A program made the translations under genes and the position numbers. A stretch of DNA of 24,574 nt from a virus (lineage: Duplodnaviria > Caudoviricetes): positions 1 through 24,574 of IMG/VR virus record IMGVR_UViG_3300044568_001207, one strand, 5' to 3'. The notes below the pieces were generated by a model. The model did not search any database. It saw only the letters and a program-made list of their open reading frames with translations, and was not told the DNA's origin. Each line of letters begins with the position of its first letter. The stretch's first letter is position 1. This document shows positions 23,928 to 24,574 of the stretch, in pieces.

Positions 23928-24574
23928 GCCAGAATTAAAATCACAGTGTGATCCATTGTTTACTCCGTTGGATAATACAGCGAATCCTCGTCCAGAACTA
24001 CGTGAATGGGATGTCTGGAATCGTGAACATGAAAATATTCTAGAACAAAATTTAGATCTTTGGGGATATGTTAGTTGGAAGTTCAAAGAAAAAACTAATC
24101 TCTCAGCAGAACAGGCATTCGCCCATATCAACGATAATCCTGGATATGATGTTTACTTGTTTAATCCTTGCATCGTCAATGAAGCATTGTTTACAAATAA
24201 TTGGGAACAGGGTGATATCCATCATCCGGGTATTAGTCAAATAGGTAACGCATTTTTTGCTAAATTAGGCTATGATGACATAGATGTGCTGGCAACATTA
24301 TTGGATAGAAATCGCACGGTTTTTGCTAATTATGTGGTAGGAAATCAGAGATTCTGGTCTGATTTTATGGCATTTAGTCGCCAGTTATTCACAGAGGCTG
24401 ATAAGGATACAGACTTTAAACATCAGGTGTTCGGAGAGGGATTAAGTAAATATGCGCATGACAATTCCCTGCCTATGTTTACTTTTCTCATTGAGAGATT
24501 GATCCCTACGTTTTTGGATCTCAATGATTATCGTGTCTGTCCATATGTTTATACCAACGAAACGCTACCAGAAA
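23890..24574 (+). CDS. Hypothetical glycan-biosynthesis protein, 3'-truncated by the window edge (not in the ORF track)
   Basis: Open frame from ATG 23890 to the end: MSIRTKIFQIYF...PLDN...PELREW...WGYVSWKF...FANYVVG...FWSDF...FLIERL. It resembles GT-like proteins of polysaccharide loci. Confidence 0.7.
   Translation, partial: MSIRTKIFQIYFKPELKSQCDPLFTPLDNTANPRPELREWDVWNREHENILEQNLDLWGYVSWKFKEKTNLSAEQAFAHINDNPGYDVYLFNPCIVNEALFTNNWEQGDIHHPGISQIGNAFFAKLGYDDIDVLATLLDRNRTVFANYVVGNQRFWSDFMAFSRQLFTEADKDTDFKHQVFGEGLSKYAHDNSLPMFTFLIERLIPTFLDLNDYRVCPYVYTNETLPE

Noticed and set aside
256-24131. The many short (60-105 aa) minus-strand or alternate-frame ORFs nested in long genes (e.g. 804-1121, 3862-4158, 17180-17392, 17426-17683, 23913-24131)
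   Set aside because: They overlap motif-supported genes, have no recognisable motifs or SD, and are typical shadow ORFs.
1-24574. Stop-codon reassignment, CRISPR array, or a bacterial chromosomal origin
   Set aside because: TAA, TAG and TGA all end full-length genes and there is no suppressor tRNA. No regularly spaced direct repeats were seen. The gp32/uvsX/uvsY block, TATAAATA boxes and dense gene packing point to a phage, although no structural gene lies in this window.

Overview
This window looks like part of a large, AT-rich, T4-related (jumbo-type) dsDNA phage genome that infects a Gram-negative host. It uses the standard genetic code and nearly all genes are on the + strand. In order it contains: (1) a recombination block (3' end of a gp32-like SSB, uvsX, a small acidic protein, uvsY), followed by a SAM methyltransferase and a cytidylyltransferase; (2) a 463-aa protein with a T4 internal-protein-like N-terminus and a nuclease-like motif; (3) a sigma70-driven RNA operon with six tRNAs, a free-standing HNH endonuclease, an unannotated ~123-nt structured RNA with 6S-like architecture and an unannotated 57-aa SutA-like ORF; (4) two convergent membrane fatty-acid desaturases; (5) a long glycan-modification island. 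The island carries an acetyltransferase, cupin, nucleotidyltransferase-kinase fusion, HAD phosphatase, GatZ/KbaZ-like enzyme, RmlB, an SDR, C- and O-methyltransferases and several glycosyltransferase-like genes. It is interrupted by tRNA-Leu, a cysteine-less QueF-like protein, ahcY and an outer-membrane beta-barrel. All calls come from reading motifs and base pairing by eye; no database search or folding program was run.
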